Assembly: GCF_001194135.2 (NCBI RefSeq)
Contig: NC_068991.1
Span: forward strand, 22,777,366 to 22,809,794
DNA length: 32,429 nucleotides
From: Octopus bimaculoides
Taxonomy: Eukaryota
Direction of reading: 5' to 3'
Shown here: piece by piece, positions 1 to 11,933 of the stretch
Layout of the letters: every line of letters begins with the position of its first letter
How positions within the stretch are numbered: the first letter of the stretch is position 1
Translations under genes and position numbers: made by a program
Notes under the pieces: model-generated
Databases searched by the model: none
What the model saw: only the letters and a program-made list of their open reading frames with translations
Told to the model about the DNA's origin: nothing

Positions 1-1021
1 TAACAATTTTTGTCTCACTTCGATTACCCCACCCCGACAAAAAAAAAATATAGTAATAATAAAAGTGCGCCCCCAATCACGAACGAGCAAGGTACATTAC
101 TTACGCCCCGACCATTCGGAAATAAACCACACCCCACTTTGAGAAGTACTGCTCTATATTACTATCAACACAACACTCGTACACATCCTATCATTCACGC
201 ACACACAGGCGCTTGCACGCGCAATCGATTTCTTAAAAACGGACTCTATTACAAGAAAAAACCGCAAAAAAAAAAAAAAGTTCCGATGTTAGCCCTGATC
301 GAGTAGATTTAAGATAAAGGTATTCCAGACATCATCGGCTAGACTTCTATTTATATCTCGAACTAATGACCAATGTGCAATTAAGACGATAGAGTGTGGT
401 TCGAAGAAAATAATTGCTATTTATAGCAGAGCGAATAACCTTTTTACTCTCAAGGGATAAAATGAAGGGTGCATCTGTACAAAGAGGATATATATTTCAC
501 AAATATAAATATTTAAGTAGTTTTACTCTTTTACGTTTCTCTTTTTCTTCGTCTTTTAATATGCGCTTTTAGCTATTTGGCACATAATGTATACAACATA
601 ATCGTCCGTGACGGCGAGAGGAGTGGAGGACCTCGTTGAATGCCTAAGGCAGACGTTTTCAACCACTGTGCGAGTTTTTGAGGCGAATCGGTAAAAGCCG
701 AGATACAGAGAAAACTTGAGTATTTTTAATACAGCGCACAGACGCGTGATTTAAAACAATTTTAATACACGTTTTGCTTATATTAAAAGTTTTATCAAAT
801 GGATAAATAAGGGTCAACGATGTGTTGCATCAGTTTTAGGGCCTTGCGCAGTGTATCATGGTTCGTAAAAGGTTGTAAATCGCTGACTGAAAGTAATGCG
901 CGGAGGAATACAATGCGTGCAGGGTAGATTACGTACGGCGCAGAGGGTGTGGCTATCGAACCCACAGCCTCGTTCACACACTGTTGCTAAGGGTTACAGT
1001 CGCCAGGTACGCAAGAATAGA
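1..1021. promoter_or_regulatory. CpG-rich promoter/5' UTR region of SPATA17
   Basis: CpG dinucleotides are visibly frequent here and scarce in the downstream introns; the region lies directly upstream of the start codon. Confidence 0.6.
983..997 (+). promoter_or_regulatory. RFX X-box-like motif GTTGCTAAGGGTTAC
   Basis: Imperfect match to GTNRCC-N(0-3)-RGYAAC, 25 nt upstream of the ATG. Confidence 0.45.
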
Positions 1022-1092
1022 ATGACGGCATTCGTACATTTATTCGAAAATTTTGATAATGGTTTGGTGCAACAAATATACAAAGAGAAAGA
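1022..1092 (+). CDS. SPATA17: SPATA17 exon 1 coding part (MTAFVHLFENFDNGLVQQIYKEK, ends phase 2)
   Basis: ATG at 1022 and donor GA|gtaagt at 1093; joins exon 2 in frame. An in-frame upstream ATG at 896 is an alternative start. Confidence 0.8.
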
Positions 1093-3561
1093 GTAAGTTC
1101 CAACCAGTAGCTAAATCACACCGTTGATTTCAACAACTGTTAATGTTTGTGTCAGTTTGAATAGTTTGGTGTTTCTAACAAATCAAGTGACTACATAAAG
1201 GCTTCCTAATTGACAGAATGTGTGTGTGTGTGGAAATGTCTTGCTTTGTCTTTTATCATAATTCTATTAACATCAAAGATACCTTATAGGAATATTAAAT
1301 GAACTCCATTACTTAATTGGTACTTTATCGACTTCAGGATGATGAAAGGCAGGATTTGAACTCCGTATGTAAAGGACCACACTGCAGAGGTTTTGTCCTG
1401 CATTCTTACAGTTCTGCCAACCTCCGCCTACATGCGTGTTTAGACATTCAGCCCTGATTCAACAGACCTATGATTAATGTTGATCCAGCTAAGACCATCC
1501 AATTTTTTTTTTTTTTGGTGGGGGGAGGGATATTATATCTAGAACTTTTCTTTCAGACGGTTGCATATGGTTTCAAGGAGAATTTGATTGCTATTTCTAG
1601 CCAATGGTGTGACAGTGTAGGTACTATCTCATTGATATGTTCATGCTTCGTTGCTGAAGATGATCATGTTACTGCTATTATTAAATAGCCGCTAAAAGCA
1701 ATGGATTGTTCTGAAGTATTGAAATACAAAAACGTGTGTGCGTGCGTATGTGTGTGTGCGTGTGTGTGTGTGTAGCGCATTGTGCATGGTTTATATTAAT
1801 TTATATGTATGTATGTGTTGTATTCCTCTCGGGAACTTGCAGAGAAAACACGAGTTGTGCAACTTAGTTATTACATTTATTTATTAACCATAACAAAAGA
1901 CTCGTCATTGCTCAATTTTATTTCATGATTTCTTGCCAATAGAGAAAGAGCCGGTTTCTAACCTAGATTCAAGGCTCCTTCATTGGAATTTCAACATCAA
2001 CAACAGGGTATTTTTGTTTGTATGTATGTATGTATGTATGTATGCATGCAGATTTGTATGTTTTGCTTTATGCATGTATTCTCATGCATATACTTGTATA
2101 TCAAGACATGTTCATATATATTGAAGATAAACTTCTGGAAAGTTTTACAGATTTTTTCAGTTCCAGTGGTGGATTGGATCTGTAGTTTTCGAATTAGCTT
2201 TCTCCTTTCTGGTTTTGAGAAGCTTAATTTATCAAGATTGATGTTTAGGCAGTGTGTTACATATCCCAGAGCCCCAATAATTACGGGTATAAACCTGAGC
2301 TTATAATCTGCAGATTTCCCAGTGATTCAGCGTGATTTCCAGTGATTCCCTTTGTCACTGATCTTCAGTTTTATGTTAACATCCGCTGGGCAGCTAATTT
2401 CCACAATTATGCACAGTTTCTCTTCTCTATCCTAAATCATTATATTAGGTCTGTTGTGCTTACATTTTATTGAGGTCTTCACTGGGACATTCCACCAGTA
2501 CTCCTTTTTATTATGAGTGGCTATGGCTTCTACCATGCTGTGGGTTCTTATTTCTTTGTCCTCAGGTTTATCCCTCCAACAGATTTCATTATAGAGTGTC
2601 CTAGCTACAACATCATGTCTCATTGGTAGATAATATCATGATGACATTTTCAGACAACTGCTTATGATGTGGGTGATATCTTCGGTGTTAACTACACAAA
2701 GTTCATTCACACTTAGGATACATTATAAGAGCATTAAATCAATCACCAGTACTAGCAGCTTTTTTTATTTTATCCAAACCCACAAGGTACAAAAGGCAAA
2801 GTTGACCGTGGGAAGATTTGAACTCAGAACATAAAGTGCTATAATTACAGAGTGCTAGACATTTTGCTTGATGTTCAAATGATTCAGTTAATTATCTAAT
2901 CAGCTGCTTTTATCAGATTTACCCAGAGATGACTGCAATTATTCAACAAAAACAACCATCATACTGAACACTATAAGTATTTTTATTCTCTCTCTTCCTC
3001 TATTTCTTATTCAGTGAAGCAGAAAAACACCGTAATTATGAATATTCTGCTAGTGTTAAAATCCAATCATGGTATCGTGGTGCAAGATCAAGATTTTATC
3101 TTAGGTAAGTGGAGAGTTCTTTCTTCAGACTCTGTCTTTCTTGTTAACTTGTTTTAATCAAGTTCCTCCTATTCTGTCTGAATCATATTCCTATTCTGAG
3201 GAATGGTGTTGTGTTTGAGAGGTTCACTTGTTAACCACGTGTTTTGGGGCTCAATCCCACTGCATGGCATCTTACACAGAGTCTTTGGAGTGAAATTTGG
3301 GTGACAGAAACTATGTGGAGGCCTGTCAGAAGGACCGTTCCTATTTTTGTATGATAGATTTAATCTGTTGCTGGTTAAACACCATGACCTGGCTGTCAAG
3401 TGCCTTCAGTAGAGTACACCTTGTTGCTAGCAGCTGAGCTGTATCTCCACTCCAAGGATAAATTCCTCTTTTCCTGACATAAGTTTTGGAATCCCAGAAA
3501 AAGGCCATAAAGCACTAACCTTGTCTTAAATAAGCTGTAAAATATAATTAAAATGCCCCCC

Positions 3562-3656
<95 letters not shown>

Positions 3657-3803
3657 NNNNNNNNNNNNNNNNNNNNNNNNNNNNNNNNNNNNNNNNNNNN
3701 NNNNNNNNNNNNNNNNNNNNNNNNNNNNNNNNNNNNNNNNNNNNNNNNNNNNNNNNNNNNNNNNNNNNNNNNNNNNNNNNNNNNNNNNNNNNNNNNNNNN
3801 NNN

Positions 3804-3838
<35 letters not shown>

Positions 3839-6800
3839 ATGTATCTATTAGTGTGATACTGACTGGGAAAGACTAAAAAAATGTTGAGCATTGTAAAAGT
3901 CTTCTTAATTTACTATTTATTTAACAATATATCTCTTTTTCTTTCTTGCTGACTACCAAGATTCATGAACAATGCAGCAATCACCATACAAAAGCACTGG
4001 AAAGGCTACATCGCACGTATTTACTACCAAAAAGCTACCTGGGTAAAAATATTCCTACAATACTTTTTCTGGCATTTTCTATAGATAAATTCAGAGAGAG
4101 ACAACTTAAAGTCATGACAGAGTAGAGGACTGCTCTCTAAAGGGGACTTATTTCACATCCCAGTACATCATTGTGTATCCATCCCCAAGATACTCGCATC
4201 TTAAATTACATAATCCGTCTGTGAATAGGTACCATGAATAATACAGTTCATTACTTTAAACAATTGATTAAACTTAAGTAGATTTGTAGATTTAATTCAA
4301 ATCCTGATTTGGGTATAGTGTGAACAGAGTTGATAATGCAAAACATTTGCTTAAGAAGTCTTACATTGGTGTTACAATGATCAAGTGGATTACGGGAATT
4401 AGTACCCCCATTTGGTTTTTGTCATGCAACTATATGCAGAACCATCTTCAGATTATCCTTTTCTCACACATTACCTTTGTCCTACTTTAATTATTAGGAA
4501 AAAATCTAGTGGTACTTCAACTCGTTTTTAAAGACGTAATATTGCTTTTATTTTGAGTTATCTCCCTTGCGTCAGGTTGAGTGAATCCTAATTCAATGGT
4601 GTTTACTTCTTATCGATGAGTTTAGTTTTGATTAAAGTTAATAGTACTTAACACAGTAAATACCACTTACTGTGTGTTACTGCTGATTTCAGCATTTATC
4701 TTCCATACAAATGATATCCCTGGATTTTTTCCCATGAGATTTTGTTGTCATACTAGAATATGTATTTACTCTATGTACATAATCATTTCTCTGTATTGAT
4801 TTATTAGACATGTAAATGACTAGGCTTCACTGTAGAGGTTTTAATAAGACCAAAATTTATGTAGCATTGTCACTATATCAAATACCAAACTGTTCTTCCC
4901 ATTGCTGGAAGCATCAGAACATTTAAATTTAACACCAAAATATTATTGATTTGGAGTTGTCTCCCTTGCTATTCTTAACTTTTGATCAACAATTTTTCAC
5001 AATACAAGTAGTCTTAATATATCAAAATTATCATTCACCTATTACAAGTTAATCTCTCGGAGTGGCTGGCGTTAGGAAGGGCATCCAGCTGTAGAAACAT
5101 TGCCAGATCAGATTGGAGCCTGGTGCGGCCTCCTGGCTTGCCATTTCCCAGTCAAACCATCCAACCTATGCCAGCATGGAAAACGGACGTTAAACGACGA
5201 CGATGATGATGATGATGATGAAAGGTGCAAGTCTGCTTCCTAACCACAGATTCTCCAGTTCAGTCCCACTGAGCGGCACTTTGGGCAAGCATCTCTTTCT
5301 ATAGCCTTTGGCCAATCAAAGCCTTGTGAGTGAATCTGGTAGATGGAAACTGAAAGAAGCTTATGCATGCATGCATGTATGTATGGGTGTGTGCATATGT
5401 TACTGTCTCCTTACCTTTATTTCATGTGATAGTTGTGAAGAAATGTCACAGCAGTATCTTTCAATTCCAATCTTCTGTGAAAACATGTCGGGTCATGGGG
5501 AATATTACCTTGCTTGGAAACAGTTGAGGGTTGGCAACAGGAAAGGTATCCAGCTGTAGAAAAGATACCGCAACAAATTCCATCTGATCCATGCAAGCAG
5601 GGAAAAATGGACATTAAATGATGATGATGATATATGGCTGTGTGGTTAAAAAGTTTGCTTCCCATGTTAGAAGCATTTTAGACGAGTATCTTCTGTCTTC
5701 TGCTCTCACTCTTGGATGATTAAAGCATTGTGGGAGGGTTTAGTAGAAAGAATTGAAATACGCAGTGTGGAGTGAGTGTAATCTTTAGCAAGTACAGTGA
5801 CAACTGCTGACATGTTTTAGTCTTATTAGAGCTCTTCAGCAAAGCATAGACTTTATCAATTCTGCCAGACCCTAGATAACACTGAGTAAATTAACGTTGA
5901 TAGGCATAATAACTTAAAGCAGTGACTGTGATGAGGACAGGTTACCTAGGGTCGTCTTCTGCATGAAAACAAAACCAGTTAAATTGAGGCTGTCATATGT
6001 TTAATGTAGAGAATAAAAACAATTTATTAATTAAAATTACAACTAAAATGAGAAAGAAAATCATTAGATATAATCATTTATACTCAGTAAAAATAAAATT
6101 GAATGACAAATTCTATTTTGCATTAATGAACGATCTAACATTATAAAAACTAACAAATTTTAATACATTATTCTAGATTATTCTAAGGCTTTGTTGAATA
6201 TGGACAGTCAATATATGTTGCAGTGATGTTGATGACAATGTGTGATTATAATGACGAAAATAATGATTAAAGTTTCACTATTCCAACATTTCAACTTTTA
6301 CAGGATTTTTTCCTGAAAATGTGCATTGAACATTACATAGCAATGGCTACTAAGGTAAGTGCTAATCTAACTTCTACACACCAAACTTTATGTAAACTTA
6401 ACCAGCTACACACACACTCATACAACTCAACTGAGCATGCACATGCACACTTGCATGTGTACACACACGCACACATACACACACGCACGTATCCACACAC
6501 ACACACTGACCATCATATGCTCTGTCTAACTACATCACCAAATTCACATCTCAATAAATTCTTTCATGAAAATTCATCCCATTGTCTCCTTAACAGGCCC
6601 CCACTCACCCAGAACTATTTCCATTCCTCATCATCCCTGCTCACACTATTTCCACCAATCATCTCTTTTCTGTACCTTCAGCCACTGCTTTCTTTCTCCC
6701 ACCTCTGCTATGCTCCATTCTAAACATCCTCTCTTATCTACCATCATTTTCAATATCCTCCCATGTCTACTATTATGACCCACCTACTGTAGCCACCTTA

Positions 6801-9800
6801 TGTATCTCTATATCTCCCTTCCCACTGTTCCTACACCTTGCACATCATCCCACAACTTTTTGTTCTATTCTCCTTTCTCAGCCACTCCTATTTTCCAGTC
6901 TTACCCCTCTACATACAGGTATTTCCCATCATCTGCATCCCACCCTAGTTCATCACTCACTACATTAACTTCTACATCCACCTGTTTACTCTCCCCATCT
7001 CCCATACTCTTATGAAAGCATCCACACTTTCATCGTCCCATTACCCCACTGTCCATGTCCTCTTTTATACTCACCTTCTTGTACCTTAGGAATTTACTCT
7101 AGCATCCTATCACTACCTTCCTTTTATTACCCTCAGTCATGTATTGCCTCTATAGCAAGACACCTGTACTTGTCCCTCTATCATACTTTAGCCTTTCAAC
7201 ACCTGGTATACAGCCACTCACCTCCACCTTCCCCTCCAAAATACTTCTGCTTAATAGTGGAACCTTTCTCCTTTTCCTTTTTCCCCTATTCTTTTTTGCC
7301 TTACTAGTTACTTGGCAACCTCACTAGTGCCAGTGACAAGAAAAAAGTATACTCTTTAATGTGGTTGGCACATCCAGCCACAGGAACCATGCCAAAGATG
7401 ACAGTGGAGCTTGACATAACCCTACAGCTCGCTGGTTCCCTGTCAAACTATCCAAGCCATGCCAGCATGGAAAGCAGACATTAAATGATGATGATGACTT
7501 TTGAATCCTCACAACTCACCCCCAGTGAATTTTTCCCCTGGCATACATGAGAAACACAGGGCTAGAGTAACTACAAGCTCACTTCCTACTGTAAGGTGCT
7601 TATGCCCAGTAATACACTGGAATCAATTCTATAAACTGACTACAAGCCATTTGCATCCCACCCCAATTACAAATATGAGTCTTAGGATGATAAGCCTATC
7701 ACACAGCCCTGTTAAACATCACCTCCTTGGCTTTTAGATGCAGTTAGGCAAGTTCACTATGCTGCAATCATCTGAACCAGAACCTTGATTCCCTCAATGT
7801 TTTACCCTGCAGACATCAAACAGCAGACATTCAGGTTGAACATTCATCGATTGCATTAATCTCATTTTCACCAGCATGAGAGGAAGGCCTATAAAGATTC
7901 TGAGATATACATTTAGAAATGTTTAGGAAGGTGAAAACTTTTAAGTAGCAATAAATTCACTAAGTTTAAGTTCACTCTTAGTGGCTGGTGGAAACTGGTT
8001 TACCCTTACACCATTGAGATGAAAGGTCAATGAGAAATTTATGAAATCTTTTCATTCTTCAGATTCAGAAGACATGGAGAGGTTACCAGAGTCGCAAGAA
8101 AAAATTTGACTACTACAAGAGGAAGTGTTACCTAGAAAATGTTTGTCGCAAAAATGAAATAGTCTTGTAAGTATGGTCATTGGGTGTTTTGTTATCTAGA
8201 GAGAGAGAGAAAGAGCAAGAGAGAGGAAGAGACAGACAGACAGACTAAGGCAGATAGACAGATAGATAAAGGTAAATAGATAGACAAAGAGACACCCTAG
8301 AGTTATAATGGAGGCAAAGTGGTTTTGGAGTGAGTCGAGTGATAATACATTGTACCAGGAGGAAAAGAAGTACAATAAAAATATAACAGAAATGCAACAG
8401 AGATGCAACAATGCCAGAGAAAAGATGCAGTAGATAAACAATAAATGTAATGTAGGCACTTAATTGATGCTTAGTAAAGGTATTCCAGAAATACTGCAAT
8501 AACAATAAAAAAGGCACTAAAGATCCAATAAAGATCCAATGAGTGTATACTGGAGACAAGAGGGGTATCTTTTTGTGTGAAATCAATAAAATTTTGTTCA
8601 CCTTAAAGGGTATAGAGAATCAGATATCACACTCACACACACACACACACACACACACATGACAGGTTTCTTTCAGTTTCCAAATAACAAATCCACTCAC
8701 AAGGCATGAGTCAGCAAGAATAAACTCAAAATCATGTGGTTGAAAAGCAAACTGCTTACCACACAGCCACACCTGTGCCTATGAATAAATAAGAAATAAT
8801 AGATTAACCTATCCATCAACTCCCAGATTAGATTCCCTTTTTTTCCTACTTCAATTCCCAAGACTAATGCAATGTTCATTTCATGTACAGAGCTAAACTT
8901 GATAAATTTGCAAAAGAAACAAAAGAAATTGAAGAAATCATCACTCGTCAATTAAAAGAGATGATGTCAGGTCAGAAAGCTTTCCGACATAACTGTGTAC
9001 AGGGCATAGACAGTTTCCCAGGAATCAACACCAATACAACTTACAGGTAAGGAAAGGAGAGAAATTTTTTTTTATTAAGATCTACAGGATCTTATTAGAA
9101 CAATGAAACCTTAAATGTTTCCTAAACCTTCAAGAGAATATTAATGGGGTTATGTTTAACTTTGTTTTTATAGTATTCAACCAGTGAGAGACACAGTTCC
9201 TCCTGGATGGAAGGCTAGTTTATTTCAGGTAACATTCCTAGATTATACTACACCAGTTCCCAAAGGTTTGATGATTTGTAGTAAGGTATGCAGAACTAGG
9301 TGTATGGACTCCAAAATACATTGAAATATCTTTTGTGGATTTGATTTCAATACTTTTAAGCTGGTAATTTTATTTCTGCAAGGTTTCATAGTGCAACTGC
9401 TTATGTCTATATACTGATGTTAACTGGATGAAAAACAAATTTCGTCCTACGTACAACATTAATTATTTAATGTAGCATTGTCAGAAGATTTGCTACCTAT
9501 TCTACTCATTTAAGTGGATTGAAGTATGTGAAATTAAGTGTATTGTCAAGAAACATACCAAGATGCCTCCAATAGGTATGTACATATTGATCCATGAGTC
9601 AGTAACCAAAGATATTGACTTTACTATTTTATCTCAACAAAGACAAAAATTGTCCCATTTAAGCCTAATCCTTTCCAAACAACAAACTGGTAGGACCAAT
9701 ACTCAACTGTATTTTTATATAATGTTACAGCTGATAAGAGACAAAACTCACTCTGGATAAGATGTGGTGTTACAGAAGTGAATTATATCACTCACAGTGC

Positions 9801-11304
9801 CTACCTAAAGCTAGTTGTTGACTCAGTTGTTGAAATTTAAGCCTCTTGGCCATGAATAAAATGCAGCACCAATGAAAAGACACAAACCATTGAACTCTTG
9901 CAAGATTTTCTTGTACCCTACTGACTGATATTTGTTGAGGGATTTGGTTTCAAGGAAAAAAACATCCTCATGATCTTCCCAGGTTGTCCAAAACCAGTGA
10001 GATCAATAGAGTTAATGATCCTCTTGATCTCCAAAACTACATGGAGGAGGGTTAATTCCCAAACTACTTAACAAAGGTTTAGTACAGGACCAACTGAGAG
10101 AAAGATACAAGGCTGCAACTCATATATGGGCCCATGAATTTGCTTAGATCTTATAAAATGTTTGCATATATTAAAATCAAGCATTAAGAGAAGGGATGGA
10201 GACCTAGAAAAAACTTTGTATCCACTTAAATTTCCTTTCAAATGTGCAGATTGTTAATAAAATTACTTTCTAGTGAAATTAAGTCTGTATTCACTCATAG
10301 AATTAAATATTTTTCACTTTCTGTTCAAAAATTCACATAATTTCTTTACAAAGTTTGAATAACTAGCCATTCTGGAGTTTCAAGTTAAGATTAAGAATTA
10401 ACCAAATGGAAAGTAAATCAACTGATTTCTGCTCTTTTAATATTCAAGGAAATCAAAGCAAACAGAAATCTATCATTCAGTTTATGATTTAAAGCAAGGC
10501 ACACTCCAGGTCTCCACTGATAACGGATATCAGTTAATTCCTCCAAAAACTTTGCCGCCACTTCCACAGAAACCTCAAGTAAGACACCATTTTACTTTAT
10601 TAATGTACAATAAGGGCTCCTTCATCCAGCTCATTAATTATTATCACTTCATTCACTTATATATTATCTTCATTGTTATGCAGAGTTTGCAATGCCATTG
10701 TATTGGGTGTCACTGTAACCTTGCATAAATTTCTTGTTTAGTTGTAAAATATGGATCAAGTTTTTGAAATTTTCAAAAATTTAATTTGTGTAAGAAATTA
10801 TTACTTCCACTATTAAACTAAAAATTCATAATTTAGCAAGTACATTCTTTATTAGGTTTACATTTAGGCAATAATGTGATCTAACTTTCCTATTCTACCT
10901 AGTAAGGCTTGTAAACTTTGGCATGATGCCCATTTGGAAAGGAGACTGTTGCAACTAGGTTATCTGTCTATTGCTGTGGTTCTCAAATTGTATGCTGCAA
11001 AGCACTGGTGCACTCTAAATATTTAAATAAAAATATATAATTTTAGGCTTCAGAAAATTCATTCCAATGTTGTGTTATTCATAGTATGTGTGTATGTATA
11101 TATATATGACTTATTTAGTCCCTCGATAGCGTGAGGCATTATTACACAGTTAATGCCCTTTATATATAATTAAATATATCTATGAAGAAACGATGAATTT
11201 TTTCATTACGAAATTTTTCGTTATTTTTTTCATTATGAGGTTTTTTCACGCTGACTACTTGATAAATTCTTCTAAAGAATTTATCCTATATTATATATAT
11301 ATAC

Positions 11305-11336
<32 letters not shown>

Positions 11337-11841
11337 NNNNNNNNNNNNNNNNNNNNNNNNNNNNNNNNNNNNNNNNNNNNNNNNNNNNNNNNNNNNNNNN
11401 NNNNNNNNNNNNNNNNNNNNNNNNNNNNNNNNNNNNNNNNNNNNNNNNNNNNNNNNNNNNNNNNNNNNNNNNNNNNNNNNNNNNNNNNNNNNNNNNNNNN
11501 NNNNNNNNNNNNNNNNNNNNNNNNNNNNNNNNNNNNNNNNNNNNNNNNNNNNNNNNNNNNNNNNNNNNNNNNNNNNNNNNNNNNNNNNNNNNNNNNNNNN
11601 NNNNNNNNNNNNNNNNNNNNNNNNNNNNNNNNNNNNNNNNNNNNNNNNNNNNNNNNNNNNNNNNNNNNNNNNNNNNNNNNNNNNNNNNNNNNNNNNNNNN
11701 NNNNNNNNNNNNNNNNNNNNNNNNNNNNNNNNNNNNNNNNNNNNNNNNNNNNNNNNNNNNNNNNNNNNNNNNNNNNNNNNNNNNNNNNNNNNNNNNNNNN
11801 NNNNNNNNNNNNNNNNNNNNNNNNNNNNNNNNNNNNNNNNN

Positions 11842-11890
<49 letters not shown>

Positions 11891-11900
11891 TATATGTGTG

Positions 11901-11933
<33 letters not shown>

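Noticed and set aside
9485-9575. Exon-like segment ending ...KHTKMPPIG|gtatg
   Set aside because: It ends in phase 1, incompatible with the phase-0 exon 8, and the LPP motif is better provided by 10449-10578.
11337-11841. Idea that a missing SPATA17 exon is hidden in the intron 7 gap
   Set aside because: Exon 10449-10578 already supplies the LPP..PQ segment and completes the frame; the gap is flanked by (TA)n.
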